Source of the DNA: a virus
Direction: 5' to 3' (one strand)
DNA: 64,000 nt
Virus record (IMG/VR): IMGVR_UViG_3300045988_011398
The translations under genes and the position numbers were made by a program. The notes below the pieces were generated by a model, which saw only the letters and a list, made by a program, of their open reading frames with translations, did no database searches and had not been told where the DNA came from. Below are positions 41,211-51,091 of the stretch, piece after piece (within the stretch, counting starts at the first letter, position 1; every line of letters starts with the position of its first letter).

Positions 41211-41837
41211 TTACTTTACAATTTCAATGAATCTTTGTTGTTTGTTCTCAATATAAGGGTTCTTCTCAACAACTTCTACTTCCACTACCTTATGTTTCTT
41301 TTGAAACCATCTGGCTATAAAACACTTTTTAGGTGGGTCTATAGTCTCCTTCCTATAATCTACTATTACATATTTCTCACTAATGAATTTAGGCTCAGTT
41401 ATAATTGTGCTTGGGTATCTAAGACCTAATTTCAATTGATACCACTTGTCTCCCAACAATGTATCAACTCTTACCAAAGGGTCTCTAAATATAGTATCTC
41501 TAAATACAATAGTATCCTTCTTCTGAGCTTCTGACAGGAGATACTGCATTTGCTTCAAATCCTTGTCCTTTATTCTCAGTTCCTTCCTGACCTCATTCAT
41601 CTTTGTAATCAATGAGTCATTAAAGTATTCAAGCTGTTCTACTGTAAACTGAAATGCTCTATTTTGGTCTTTCAATCCACTATTCTCTATAGCAAATGCT
41701 TTTTCATTAGACTTAGATATATCTAATTGAGACTCTAATGATTTGTTATTCTGATATAATATATAAGTTGATATGGATAATATACCAACAATAACCAATA
41801 CCAGTATCTTTATATATTTAGATAATCTCTCTATCAT
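41211..41837 (-). CDS. N-terminally membrane-anchored protein, spanin/holin-like (208 aa)
   Basis: The TM segment ILVLVIVGILSISTYILY is followed by coiled-coil-like sequence. Promoter 21 nt upstream. Confidence 0.45.
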   Translation of the reverse strand: MIERLSKYIKILVLVIVGILSISTYILYQNNKSLESQLDISKSNEKAFAIENSGLKDQNRAFQFTVEQLEYFNDSLITKMNEVRKELRIKDKDLKQMQYLLSEAQKKDTIVFRDTIFRDPLVRVDTLLGDKWYQLKLGLRYPSTIITEPKFISEKYVIVDYRKETIDPPKKCFIARWFQKKHKVVEVEVVEKNPYIENKQQRFIEIVK

Positions 41838-41857
41838 AGCCCATTACTTTAATAATA

Positions 41858-41889
41858 CAAAATTATAAATTATAATTGGATTATACAAT
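41858..41889 (-). promoter_or_regulatory. Bacteroidota-type promoter (ATTG-N20-TAATTTTG)
   Basis: Minus-strand read: attg, 20 nt, taattttg. Upstream of the lysis-like cassette. Confidence 0.55.
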
Positions 41890-41914
41890 AGCATAAATAA
41901 AATATTTATGCTAA

Positions 41915-41940
41915 GAACAGTGTCTGAAAAGACACTGTTC
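41915..41940. terminator. 10-bp hairpin after the 1263-aa fibre gene
   Basis: gaacagtgtc tgaaaa gacactgttc. The T-run is on the plus side only, and the minus-side tract is merely A/T rich. Confidence 0.45.
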
Positions 41941-41948
41941 TTTCTTCT

Positions 41949-44900
41949 TTATTTAACTGTCTCTATAAGAGCCTTTCCTAAACAAGCTTGTATATAATTA
42001 CCATCATTTGGGTGTGCATAATCACCTGACCATTGATTATATGCTAGCTTAATTGCTACAGGAGTATCTACTGATGGTATGTTCTTCTTCCATCTTAATG
42101 TCATAGTAGTTCTCTTATCATAAGGCTTCAAGTAATTATCACTACCTTGCCAATTAAGGTCTGAACCACTACTCTCTGGATTCACTGTATATAGCCATCC
42201 TGTCTCAACATAACAATCTGTGCCATACACATTCTTATCTCCTATCCAGACTTCAATACCCTCCCAATGACCTAAACTACTAGGGCTATTAAATGTTAAT
42301 GAGCTTGACCCATTTGCTGTAGTATTTATTACTCTTGAATGAGAACTTGTTTCTACATAATCTCTTGAATATTTCCAAGCATCAATATACTTAACAGAGT
42401 CATCAAAGTTAGAAGCAATCCATTTTTGTATATAAGTATATTCAGCAACATTTCTGTTCCACATATCTACATAGTACACATTAAATAGATATACTTTGCA
42501 CTTAGGATTAATCTTCTTGATATTAGTTATAAGAGCTTTCATTTGGTCCATATAATTAGATATACTTCTTATAGAAACATCCTGACCCACTAAATCCTCT
42601 ATACTATCAATACAGATAAATTCCTCCAGATGTAAAGGCTCATCCCATTTAACCTCTCCTTGAGATATATCAACCTCAGAGACTCTTCTTGTCTGAACTT
42701 GCCTCAAATCACCTGTGTATGTTCCAATCCTAATAAAGTCTCCTACTGATACATCAGTATTTTTAATGTCCTCAGACCTTAAAGACCTTAGAGTAATACT
42801 AGAAATGACTCCAGCATTTTTAACAACTGTGTATGTATCACTATCACTATTATAAGTTATACCTCCTAACTCAAGAGAGGGCATTTTCTGTAGCTCCTCA
42901 AGAGTAACTCCAGTAATAGTATGCTTTACTTTTCTAGGATAGTTTCTCCAATCATCATTACCAGTTAATCCTATAGTTACTATTTCAGGAGTGAAGTAAT
43001 TAGCAATATCATACCATGTTCTATTAGGATAATCTTCACTATTAAACATTTCAGCAGTCCACCCTCCAATGCCAGCATTCATAACATTATGATATTCAGA
43101 TGATGCAAAATTAAATCCAAAATAAGGATTAGAGCTTCCTCTTTCTATCTTCAAAGTTATAGTTCTTTCATTATCATTATCAAAATGATAATGGTAGAAT
43201 GACTTATTATTAACAAGTCTATAATCTAATCCCGAACCAATAGTTGCTGGATTTATTGGGTCATAGGACACAGTACCATCTCCATAAGGACTCTCATTAG
43301 TATTATTCTCATCTTCACCAACTGTTGATTTTACAAAGCATATAGTCTCCCCATATTTGTATGACACTTGTATGCTAGCTCCTGAAGAAGGAGCATCCTT
43401 AAACCATATAGAGTGGATTACTTTGCCGGCAGAATTAAGACTTCTTATCACTAAAGCATCTGTGCCTTCAGGGAATGAAGCACCATATCCTTGAGTATTT
43501 AACTTAATTGTCTTTGGAGTACCATCTACAGTTAGTGAGTGATTATAAGTAAAACATCTATCTAACTCAAATTTAGTACTTTCACCATCTCCTGTAAATG
43601 ATTTTGAATCACTTCCTATAGTATTATTATGATTAGTAAACTCAGCTACTTTTGTATTACCATCATATAAACCAATTACTGAATATTCAGAAGTTCTTTC
43701 TATAACTTGGCATATATGAAGTTCAGTACCCTTATGAGTAAATGATATTGATGAGCCAACTCCCTTTATCTTGATAGCCTCCTCATCTAGGAATTTCTTA
43801 CTATTGTATATTTTTTCACTTTCTCCACTTACAGTTACCTTTGAAGGTGGGTTAAATGAGGCTTTATTCTTAAATAGGAAGTCTATAGGAGATTTTAGAT
43901 ATGAGTAGAACAAAAATCCATCTCCCCAAACATTAGATGACCCCATAAAAACTAAGTTCTTATTTGGTTTATATTCTACAGATGAATCCCCACTTTTTAA
44001 CTCTTCAATTGCTTTTTCATTTTTATTTAATCTCTCCTGAATTGTACCTTGGCTCCAAGTCTTATTTAGATTAAAAGAAATCTTATTTGCAGTATTTGTA
44101 CCATAATTAAAAGGTGCATAATCTGTGAATACAGAAAAGTCTACTTCTAATCTAATTCTCATGCCCTTCATCTCTCCAGATTGAACTGTAACATCAAAGG
44201 ACTGAACATCAAAGTTACAAGGTTTTTTAGAAGATACTAATATAGAAGCCCCTGTATTCCAGTTCTGCTCCTCTTCATATATTCTTCTATTAGCAAAGTA
44301 TATCTGCTGACCATATTTACCTCCAGTAGTCTCAGATGCTGCTGAAAATGACCTGATGAATATATCATCATCTTTTATTGACTCTGGTACATTTTCAAAT
44401 CCAATATTCTTTATTGAAGATATTATCAGCTCTTCATTGCTAGTATATTTATCATAGGGATTCTTCAAGAAATTAATGCTTGAATTATCCAACACATTAC
44501 TTTGTAAGACCTCTATATCTGAAGTATTTTTACTTAGTTGTGTCTTTACTTCTTCACCATTATTCAATGGGATATATGGCAGATAAAGCTTAGACAATTT
44601 CACTACTGAGGTTGTGCTCCTTGATACATATATCTTATTTTCAGGCAGGCTATTATTTTTTATAATAGTGATTTTACAATCTTGCCCATCAATTGTATAA
44701 GGTATAGGAGAATCAAAGTCTACACTAGATAATTGCTTTCCAGTAGTTCTTTGTCCATCTTTTGTCCATGCTATACCAAATCTATTTCCATAAGTATCAT
44801 GTTTATAAATAAAAGAATATATATCTAAATCAGCATCTCCAGTATATCCATCTATGGCTACCTGTTGAATATACATTAGAAGAGTTTTCTCTTCATTATT

Positions 44901-45740
44901 TAGCAATCCTACATTAGGGTTATTCTTACCATCAAACCATTCAGGATATTGAGCAGAATTTTTTATTTTATCCTCTACCTCCTCTGGACTAGAATAATTA
45001 GTAAAATTCTTTCTATCAATTAATACTTTGGGGTTTGCACCTGATATAAGTACTCCATCTGGTAAATCCTCTGCATATATTTCCATGCAGATAGTTCTTT
45101 CCTGCCCATCTGCAAATTGAAATTTCTTTTCAGTATATCCATTAAATAGTGTATCTGATTTGATTTCAGATATTGCAGCCCAATTGCCATTATATTTCCA
45201 CTTGAATACAATTCTTGAGCCATAATCTCCGTAATTCTTTGTAACAGAATTAAATCCTATCTCAATATATGAACCCCCCTTAATTTCTATTGACCTAATT
45301 CTTTTATAGAGTTCTATTTCTTTCTCAGTAACACTACTACCTTCTACAATACTAAGACCATTAGCAAGAAGAATTGCAGATGACATATCTTTATTATTTG
45401 CTAAGATATTCCAATTATCTTGGTTAGTCCAGTCACTAATATCCTCTTTTAAGTACTGTATTACCTTCCATCCGTCACTTGATAGATAAGTACCTACATA
45501 CCCACTTACTCTCTCATCTACAGGAACTTTACTGATTGCTTGAGATAGTGTATATGTTTTGACAGTACCATCTGTGCTATACCTAGTTGATATATTATTA
45601 GATATACCAGCCTTTAATAGAGTATCCAGCCTAATATTTTTATTATCATATACAGCTTTTGTAGAAGTTACTGGGTAAATTTCAGTACTTTGTGAGCCTC
45701 CTACTAACTCTGATTCTATAAGTTTCTTTACCTTTCCCAT
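41949..45740 (-). CDS. tail fibre/spike protein with an SGNH (GDSL-like) esterase domain (1263 aa)
   Basis: All four SGNH blocks occur in order: LVFMGSSNVWGDG (aa 597), MNAGIGGW (aa 887), IGLTGNDDW (aa 923) and GDYAHPND (aa 1239), spanning nt 42003-43952. Follows the portal and fibre genes. Confidence 0.65.
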   Translation of the reverse strand: MGKVKKLIESELVGGSQSTEIYPVTSTKAVYDNKNIRLDTLLKAGISNNISTRYSTDGTVKTYTLSQAISKVPVDERVSGYVGTYLSSDGWKVIQYLKEDISDWTNQDNWNILANNKDMSSAILLANGLSIVEGSSVTEKEIELYKRIRSIEIKGGSYIEIGFNSVTKNYGDYGSRIVFKWKYNGNWAAISEIKSDTLFNGYTEKKFQFADGQERTICMEIYAEDLPDGVLISGANPKVLIDRKNFTNYSSPEEVEDKIKNSAQYPEWFDGKNNPNVGLLNNEEKTLLMYIQQVAIDGYTGDADLDIYSFIYKHDTYGNRFGIAWTKDGQRTTGKQLSSVDFDSPIPYTIDGQDCKITIIKNNSLPENKIYVSRSTTSVVKLSKLYLPYIPLNNGEEVKTQLSKNTSDIEVLQSNVLDNSSINFLKNPYDKYTSNEELIISSIKNIGFENVPESIKDDDIFIRSFSAASETTGGKYGQQIYFANRRIYEEEQNWNTGASILVSSKKPCNFDVQSFDVTVQSGEMKGMRIRLEVDFSVFTDYAPFNYGTNTANKISFNLNKTWSQGTIQERLNKNEKAIEELKSGDSSVEYKPNKNLVFMGSSNVWGDGFLFYSYLKSPIDFLFKNKASFNPPSKVTVSGESEKIYNSKKFLDEEAIKIKGVGSSISFTHKGTELHICQVIERTSEYSVIGLYDGNTKVAEFTNHNNTIGSDSKSFTGDGESTKFELDRCFTYNHSLTVDGTPKTIKLNTQGYGASFPEGTDALVIRSLNSAGKVIHSIWFKDAPSSGASIQVSYKYGETICFVKSTVGEDENNTNESPYGDGTVSYDPINPATIGSGLDYRLVNNKSFYHYHFDNDNERTITLKIERGSSNPYFGFNFASSEYHNVMNAGIGGWTAEMFNSEDYPNRTWYDIANYFTPEIVTIGLTGNDDWRNYPRKVKHTITGVTLEELQKMPSLELGGITYNSDSDTYTVVKNAGVISSITLRSLRSEDIKNTDVSVGDFIRIGTYTGDLRQVQTRRVSEVDISQGEVKWDEPLHLEEFICIDSIEDLVGQDVSIRSISNYMDQMKALITNIKKINPKCKVYLFNVYYVDMWNRNVAEYTYIQKWIASNFDDSVKYIDAWKYSRDYVETSSHSRVINTTANGSSSLTFNSPSSLGHWEGIEVWIGDKNVYGTDCYVETGWLYTVNPESSGSDLNWQGSDNYLKPYDKRTTMTLRWKKNIPSVDTPVAIKLAYNQWSGDYAHPNDGNYIQACLGKALIETVK

Positions 45741-45748
45741 CTCTTTTT

Positions 45749-45946
45749 CTATTTAGTTACTATATCAGGAACATCTTGAATATACTCAAAACTAAGACCA
45801 CCTGTATCATCAGATGATAAAGATGTCCACCCATTATCACCATATATAAACAATTTATAGGTGCCTTTAGCTTGAGGCTGTAGCCAAGCTACATTATTAA
45901 CAGGAGGCTCAGTATTACTGATAATAATATCTTTAATATATTTCAT
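45749..45946 (-). CDS. short fibre-anchor-module protein (65 aa)
   Basis: Its N-terminus MKYIKDIIISNTEPPVNNVAWLQPQAKGTYKLFIYGDNGWTSL is homologous to the N-terminus of the adjacent collagen-like ORF. Confidence 0.5.
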   Translation of the reverse strand: MKYIKDIIISNTEPPVNNVAWLQPQAKGTYKLFIYGDNGWTSLSSDDTGGLSFEYIQDVPDIVTK

Positions 45947-45947
45947 A

Positions 45948-46322
45948 TTATCCTTGAGTTACTGTTATTTGTATTACAGATTCATCACTTAAAGTAGCTG
46001 TACCTCCAGTTACAGCCCCCTCTGCATTAGTGGTTAATGCTATGGCAGTTATTGACTTACCATCTGCACCAGCAGGACCAACTTCACCTTTGTCTCCCTT
46101 ATCCCCTTTAGGTCCTGTTGCTCCTGTATCTCCTTTCTCTCCCTGAGGTCCTTGTGGACCAGCATCTCCTTTAGGTCCCTGTACTCCAGATGCAGCATCT
46201 ACCCAACCATTAGAACTAAAGAATCTAAGCTTAAAGGTACCATCTTGTAGTGGTAGTAGCCACCCAACCTCTTTAAGGTCAGGTGCTACTTCGGATATAA
46301 CAATATTCTTAATTATAATCAT
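45948..46322 (-). CDS. collagen-like repeat fibre protein (124 aa)
   Basis: 14 consecutive G-X-Y triplets (GVQGPKGDAGPQGPQGEKGDTGATGPKGDKGDKGEVGPAGAD, nt 46062-46187). Lies directly after the portal gene. Confidence 0.75.
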   Translation of the reverse strand: MIIIKNIVISEVAPDLKEVGWLLPLQDGTFKLRFFSSNGWVDAASGVQGPKGDAGPQGPQGEKGDTGATGPKGDKGDKGEVGPAGADGKSITAIALTTNAEGAVTGGTATLSDESVIQITVTQG

Positions 46323-46323
46323 A

Positions 46324-48729
46324 TTACTTAGTATTTACTGTTTTCTTTCTTAATGCTTGTCTTTTTACAGATATTTCATCCTCATGCTTTTTCTTATCAT
46401 GATTTAGCCTATCTCTATCAAGTTTTAATCTTTCATTGAACTCTCTCATTTTCTCCATTAGATTTGCCTTGGCTTCCTCAGAAAATTCTTGCTCTACAAT
46501 ACCATCATCATCTTTATTGTTAGCTTGTATTTGAGCTATCATGAGTTTAGTCTCATTATCTCTGATATTAGCCTGTTCTTTCTGTTGAAGTTCAGCTTGT
46601 CTCTGCTCAGCCTCTATTTGTGCAATCTGCTGTTGAGACTCCAATTGCTGTTGCTGTGCTTGAGCATTTCTTTCTTGTATAGCTTGTTCATCTTTCTCTA
46701 CAAGTCTCTGTTTTTCTGCAAGAGAGCTTGAACTGTATAACTTCATAATAGTTGAGAATGACAGAGTCTGGTTTTGAAGTGCTGCTTGTGCTAATACATC
46801 AAGTTTCTGAGATAACTCTTGAACACCTTGACTATTATCCACTATCAATCCATAATCAGCTTCAGCAAATTCATCACCATCTATATCCATAATCTTTATG
46901 GAATTATCAGATAGTATATACTGGAACTTCTTACTTCTTCCTTTAAGGGCTATTTTGGCAGTCTCAAGGAAACATTCTAAGACTCTTCTCTTTACATCAT
47001 CATGCTGTACAAACAACCATTCTGTAATATGTGAAGACTGTAATGTAGCTCTTTCAACTCCACCTACTGTCTCTCTATTACTTACCTGACCTTCTCTCTG
47101 TCTTGTAATACCTGCTACTTCTGACATCTCCATCTTGATAAATTCAAGGAGATTGATTTGTTGCTGAATTGAATTTCCAAACTCAGCATCAATTACTCCA
47201 GAAGAGGCATTATTAAGAGCACCAGCAAGTTTACCAGTAGAAGCACCTATATTACCTTCCTTAAAGCTGTCTTCAACTGCAAGACCATTAGCCTTTGCAT
47301 AATACATCCACTTTTCAACATCCCATCCTTTAGGTATCTTTGCTAAATCAAGCTTCAGTATCTTTCCCCAGTTCTTAGCCATCATCTTATTCAGTCTATC
47401 ATGAATAGCATCATACAAGTAATTATACTGCTTCATCATATCTACAAGAGAGAATGGTCTACTGTCATTGAGGTTGTATATAGAACCTATAATACCAAAG
47501 TGACATCTTGATGGGTTTGACAGCCTATTGTATTGTACAACTCTTGGTCTCATATTCACATAAATATCAGTACCAATCTTTGTACCTTCCCAAGCCTCAT
47601 TTATATAGAAAATCTGTTCCTCTTCTCCAGCATCTTTATCAATGATGTAAGTCTCAGGATAGAAGTTATATACTTCTTCTCCTGTCTCTGGGTCATAAGA
47701 TTTAACCTTCTTGATTCTTCTTCTTGACTTCCAATATACTCTAAGTACTCTAAGGTTGCCAGCTAAGTCATAAGGAAGAAGGGAATTTGAGATGGAGTCT
47801 GAGAATAAATTGAATGGGTCAAAATAGAATCCATCAGTACTTATCTCTTCTCCTACCATGTGATTATTCACATACCCAAATCTCTCATCAATGTTATCCA
47901 TAGAATCTACAGAGGCTTGACCAACATGGTCAGGCAGTTTTTCTATATATTCCATGTCTTTCTTACTTAATACATCATAGTAAGTATCTATTACTCTTCC
48001 CGGACTCCAATAGTCCTCTATAATAATCATGTCTGCATCTTCTATCCTATTAGAATACCCAGACTTGAAGATTCTCACCTTCAATGGATTAAGTCTCTCA
48101 ATAACAGGCTCTCCACCTACTATATCACATTGATATATCTCCTCCCCCACAGCCATAGCATCCATAAAGCCATTATTGAACAGCAGAGGAATATTATACT
48201 CTTTTACATAATGATTAAGAAGGGCATTTGCCCTAATCTCTCTCATGTCTTGCCACTCATAGGTATAATAATCATTTAGTTTCTCAAGCTCTTGGTTAAA
48301 CTCCTCTTCTGACTGTGATGTATCAGCTATAAGCTGCTGGAGTCTTTGAAGCAATTCTCCTTTCTTGTTGTTCTCAATCTCAGAGATGGCATTAGGGTTA
48401 GTAACCACTACTCTATAGTCAAATACTCTCTTTGATTCTTCGCCTCTAAGAACATTTAGTTTACTATTCATGATAGGATAGTGTTGTATTCTATCAGGTA
48501 CAAAACCAGCTTTTATGTTCTCAGGGTTCAGAACAAGCTCCAAGTCTGTCATATGAAGCTTGCCATTCAACAAGTCATAGTTAATCTTCTTATGAATCAC
48601 AGATTTTCTCACAAGACTATAATTAAAGAAAGTCTTGCTGTCTGCCCAATCCAAGTGCCTCTTTCTCCAAGCCTTGTTCTTCTTACTAAAAGGCAGTTGT
48701 TGTGGTGGTAAATTTATTAATTCAGACAT
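46324..48729 (-). CDS. putative portal protein (801 aa)
   Basis: Assigned from size, its position immediately downstream of TerL, and a Q/E-rich C-terminal coiled coil. It has its own promoter at 48751-48782. Confidence 0.6.
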   Translation of the reverse strand: MSELINLPPQQLPFSKKNKAWRKRHLDWADSKTFFNYSLVRKSVIHKKINYDLLNGKLHMTDLELVLNPENIKAGFVPDRIQHYPIMNSKLNVLRGEESKRVFDYRVVVTNPNAISEIENNKKGELLQRLQQLIADTSQSEEEFNQELEKLNDYYTYEWQDMREIRANALLNHYVKEYNIPLLFNNGFMDAMAVGEEIYQCDIVGGEPVIERLNPLKVRIFKSGYSNRIEDADMIIIEDYWSPGRVIDTYYDVLSKKDMEYIEKLPDHVGQASVDSMDNIDERFGYVNNHMVGEEISTDGFYFDPFNLFSDSISNSLLPYDLAGNLRVLRVYWKSRRRIKKVKSYDPETGEEVYNFYPETYIIDKDAGEEEQIFYINEAWEGTKIGTDIYVNMRPRVVQYNRLSNPSRCHFGIIGSIYNLNDSRPFSLVDMMKQYNYLYDAIHDRLNKMMAKNWGKILKLDLAKIPKGWDVEKWMYYAKANGLAVEDSFKEGNIGASTGKLAGALNNASSGVIDAEFGNSIQQQINLLEFIKMEMSEVAGITRQREGQVSNRETVGGVERATLQSSHITEWLFVQHDDVKRRVLECFLETAKIALKGRSKKFQYILSDNSIKIMDIDGDEFAEADYGLIVDNSQGVQELSQKLDVLAQAALQNQTLSFSTIMKLYSSSSLAEKQRLVEKDEQAIQERNAQAQQQQLESQQQIAQIEAEQRQAELQQKEQANIRDNETKLMIAQIQANNKDDDGIVEQEFSEEAKANLMEKMREFNERLKLDRDRLNHDKKKHEDEISVKRQALRKKTVNTK

Positions 48730-48750
48730 ATTGATTCATTTTATTTCCTG

Positions 48751-48782
48751 CAAAAGTAAGTAAAAATCTTCACTTGTGCAAG
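48751..48782 (-). promoter_or_regulatory. Bacteroidota-type promoter (CTTG-N20-TACTTTTG)
   Basis: Minus-strand read: cttg, 20 nt, tacttttgca. Lies in the gap between TerL and portal. Confidence 0.7.
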
Positions 48783-48826
48783 GATATAAGTGATTTATTA
48801 AGTATCCACATCTATTTTTGCTAAAT

Positions 48827-51091
48827 TTACTGTTTGAATCTTGCATCATAGTTGGTCTTAAAGAAAGGGTCATTGCCTAAGTATGAAGCAGAGGCATCCT
48901 CCTCCTTACTCTTGCTTACCTCACCCTTATAGAGAATCATCTTATCTTCCCTAAGCAACATAAGCATACCCATAGATGAGATTCTATCAAAGTTACCTTC
49001 TGAATTGTACAGTATAAGCTCTTTTATCAATGCTCTTGACCTCAAAGTATATAGATTGGGAATCATTACTTCTTGGTCTTCACCATCAATTGTTTGTATT
49101 ACAGGAACTGGTCTTAATAGCCAAGACCTTAATAGGTTTCTTGCATAAGCATTTATAGCTGCTGTAGCATTAGTACCTTTAGCCTTATTTCCATAGGAGC
49201 TACCCTTGACCATATCTTTGTCTTTCAAGAAGTCAAGTACATCAGTAAGCAGATACAGGCAATTCATTTTTGAGAAGTATGCAAATAATCCCTTCTTGTT
49301 ATTTTCATAATTCATTCTGCCATTGTAGAATAGACACATCTTTCTGCAAATCTCATAGAAGTCATCTGCAAATAATGGTCTACCTGTGTACTCAGCTACT
49401 ACCTTGTCAGTCCATAAATCAAGCACATATACAGAACCAAGAGACATAGTATTTGACTCATCATCATCATAGGGGTCACACCCTAATATGTATCTATTAT
49501 CAAATACTCTGCCTGACCTATCTTTCTCAGGCAGCTTATATATCTCAATAGCACCCTCTATCTTATTATCCTTATGTGGAAATTCTCTTATAGGCTGGTC
49601 TGAAGTAGGCTTAAATTCCACCTCCTTACTACCATTAATAGCTAAATCACCTACATATACATCATCATACTCTCTTGGGTTAGAATCCAATTGACCTAAT
49701 CTTTCAGTAAGGTCAGTTACTGGGAACATATTAACACCAGTCTTTACAATAGCTTCAGCAGGAGTAATAGGAACCTCAGCAATAGTCTTGATTACAGTAT
49801 TGGGGTCAGTAGAATTATACTTAACCCTATATCTATTCATCAATATCTCAATCAGTGCCTGTACTACATCAGATACACCATCTCTATTATAGCATCCTTT
49901 TCTATTGATATATCCCGGAAAGAAGAATACAAAGTATCTTTTACCTTGGTTGTTTTTATCATACACATTAGGCAAAGCATACATATTATAACCCCTTGGG
50001 TTATACATAATCTCCTGAGCACCAGCAAAGTCTGATTCATTATCACCAGCAGTACCTTGTAGGTACATAAGACCAAACACATAATCACCATCCTGTACAG
50101 AAGGAAGCATTACATTGTACAAATCAATCAATCTTGGAAATGTACCAAACTCTTCAATACCAATAAATGCAGCTCTCTTACCTCTTAATTTGGACTCATC
50201 ATCTTTTGATGATACTCCCAATACTGAGTTTTGTGTACCCTTCTCAATATCAAGCTCCAAATCCTTATATCCCATTTTCCAAACCATGTCTTGAAGAGAT
50301 GATTTAAGCCTCTTTCTTGGGAACTGGGTATGTTCAGCACAGAAATTAGCCATTGAGACAAATTTATTAAGTACACCATCCTTTGTCAAGTACTCTTTCT
50401 GATAGGCTGTAGCAATAGATACAATCTCTTCACAGGCTGTACTATTCTCACCTAATACAAAGTTATGAGTAAGAATTGAAGCCATTGAATAGGACTTTGA
50501 TTTACCTCTGGAGGCTAACTCTGCACCATGATTACCACCTAAGAAGTCATTATATAGACCACCACTTCTGGCTTGTTCCATATAATGAAATCTCCAATAA
50601 ATACCTTCCCACATTTCAGGGAAGTCCACAATTCTATCTGCCTGCTTAGTACCTTTCCTAATCTTTGATTGTATAATAGGACAGTAATTCATATAGAAGT
50701 AAAGAGGTCCTGTAACCCACTCACCATCAGACTCTCTTACATATCCATTCCAACATCTATCTCTCTCCTGTCTAATCCATTTACCATACTCACTATTAGG
50801 ATTGGCATTAGGTCTTAGACTTGTAAAACACCCATACTTCTTATAGTGAAGTGCAGTAGGTCTGAAGTAATCCATATCCTCAAGAATATGAGGATTAACT
50901 AAGTCCACTATTATTCTACCTTGTGAGTCTCTTGGTCTGTCTTTGGCATACTGTCTTGCAGGAGAAATCAATCTCTTAACAAACTCTACATTATTGATTA
51001 TGTCTAATAACTGGTCTTGTACTTCTTGTGGCAATCCACTAAGTAACTCATCAGTTATTTGAGTTTGATACTTATTCATCAATATATCCAT
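48827..51091 (-). CDS. terL: terminase large subunit
   Basis: Walker-A-like LASRGKSKS (nt 50493-50519), Walker-B-like AAFIGIEEFG, coupling motif LQGTAG, and the nuclease Asp cluster ILGCDPYDDD. Confidence 0.85.
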   Translation of the reverse strand: MDILMNKYQTQITDELLSGLPQEVQDQLLDIINNVEFVKRLISPARQYAKDRPRDSQGRIIVDLVNPHILEDMDYFRPTALHYKKYGCFTSLRPNANPNSEYGKWIRQERDRCWNGYVRESDGEWVTGPLYFYMNYCPIIQSKIRKGTKQADRIVDFPEMWEGIYWRFHYMEQARSGGLYNDFLGGNHGAELASRGKSKSYSMASILTHNFVLGENSTACEEIVSIATAYQKEYLTKDGVLNKFVSMANFCAEHTQFPRKRLKSSLQDMVWKMGYKDLELDIEKGTQNSVLGVSSKDDESKLRGKRAAFIGIEEFGTFPRLIDLYNVMLPSVQDGDYVFGLMYLQGTAGDNESDFAGAQEIMYNPRGYNMYALPNVYDKNNQGKRYFVFFFPGYINRKGCYNRDGVSDVVQALIEILMNRYRVKYNSTDPNTVIKTIAEVPITPAEAIVKTGVNMFPVTDLTERLGQLDSNPREYDDVYVGDLAINGSKEVEFKPTSDQPIREFPHKDNKIEGAIEIYKLPEKDRSGRVFDNRYILGCDPYDDDESNTMSLGSVYVLDLWTDKVVAEYTGRPLFADDFYEICRKMCLFYNGRMNYENNKKGLFAYFSKMNCLYLLTDVLDFLKDKDMVKGSSYGNKAKGTNATAAINAYARNLLRSWLLRPVPVIQTIDGEDQEVMIPNLYTLRSRALIKELILYNSEGNFDRISSMGMLMLLREDKMILYKGEVSKSKEEDASASYLGNDPFFKTNYDARFKQ

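Noticed and set aside
45741-45751. The AAAAAG string after the TAG stop of the 65-aa ORF as a -1 frameshift site fusing it to the 1263-aa fibre.
   Set aside because: The slippery-like run lies downstream of the stop codon, and read-through would hit TAA after seven more codons. The 1263-aa ORF has its own ATG.
41949-46322. Diversity-generating retroelement targeting the fibre genes.
   Set aside because: No reverse-transcriptase ORF and no template/variable repeat pair is visible in this window. The only repeat here is a protein-level N-terminal module.
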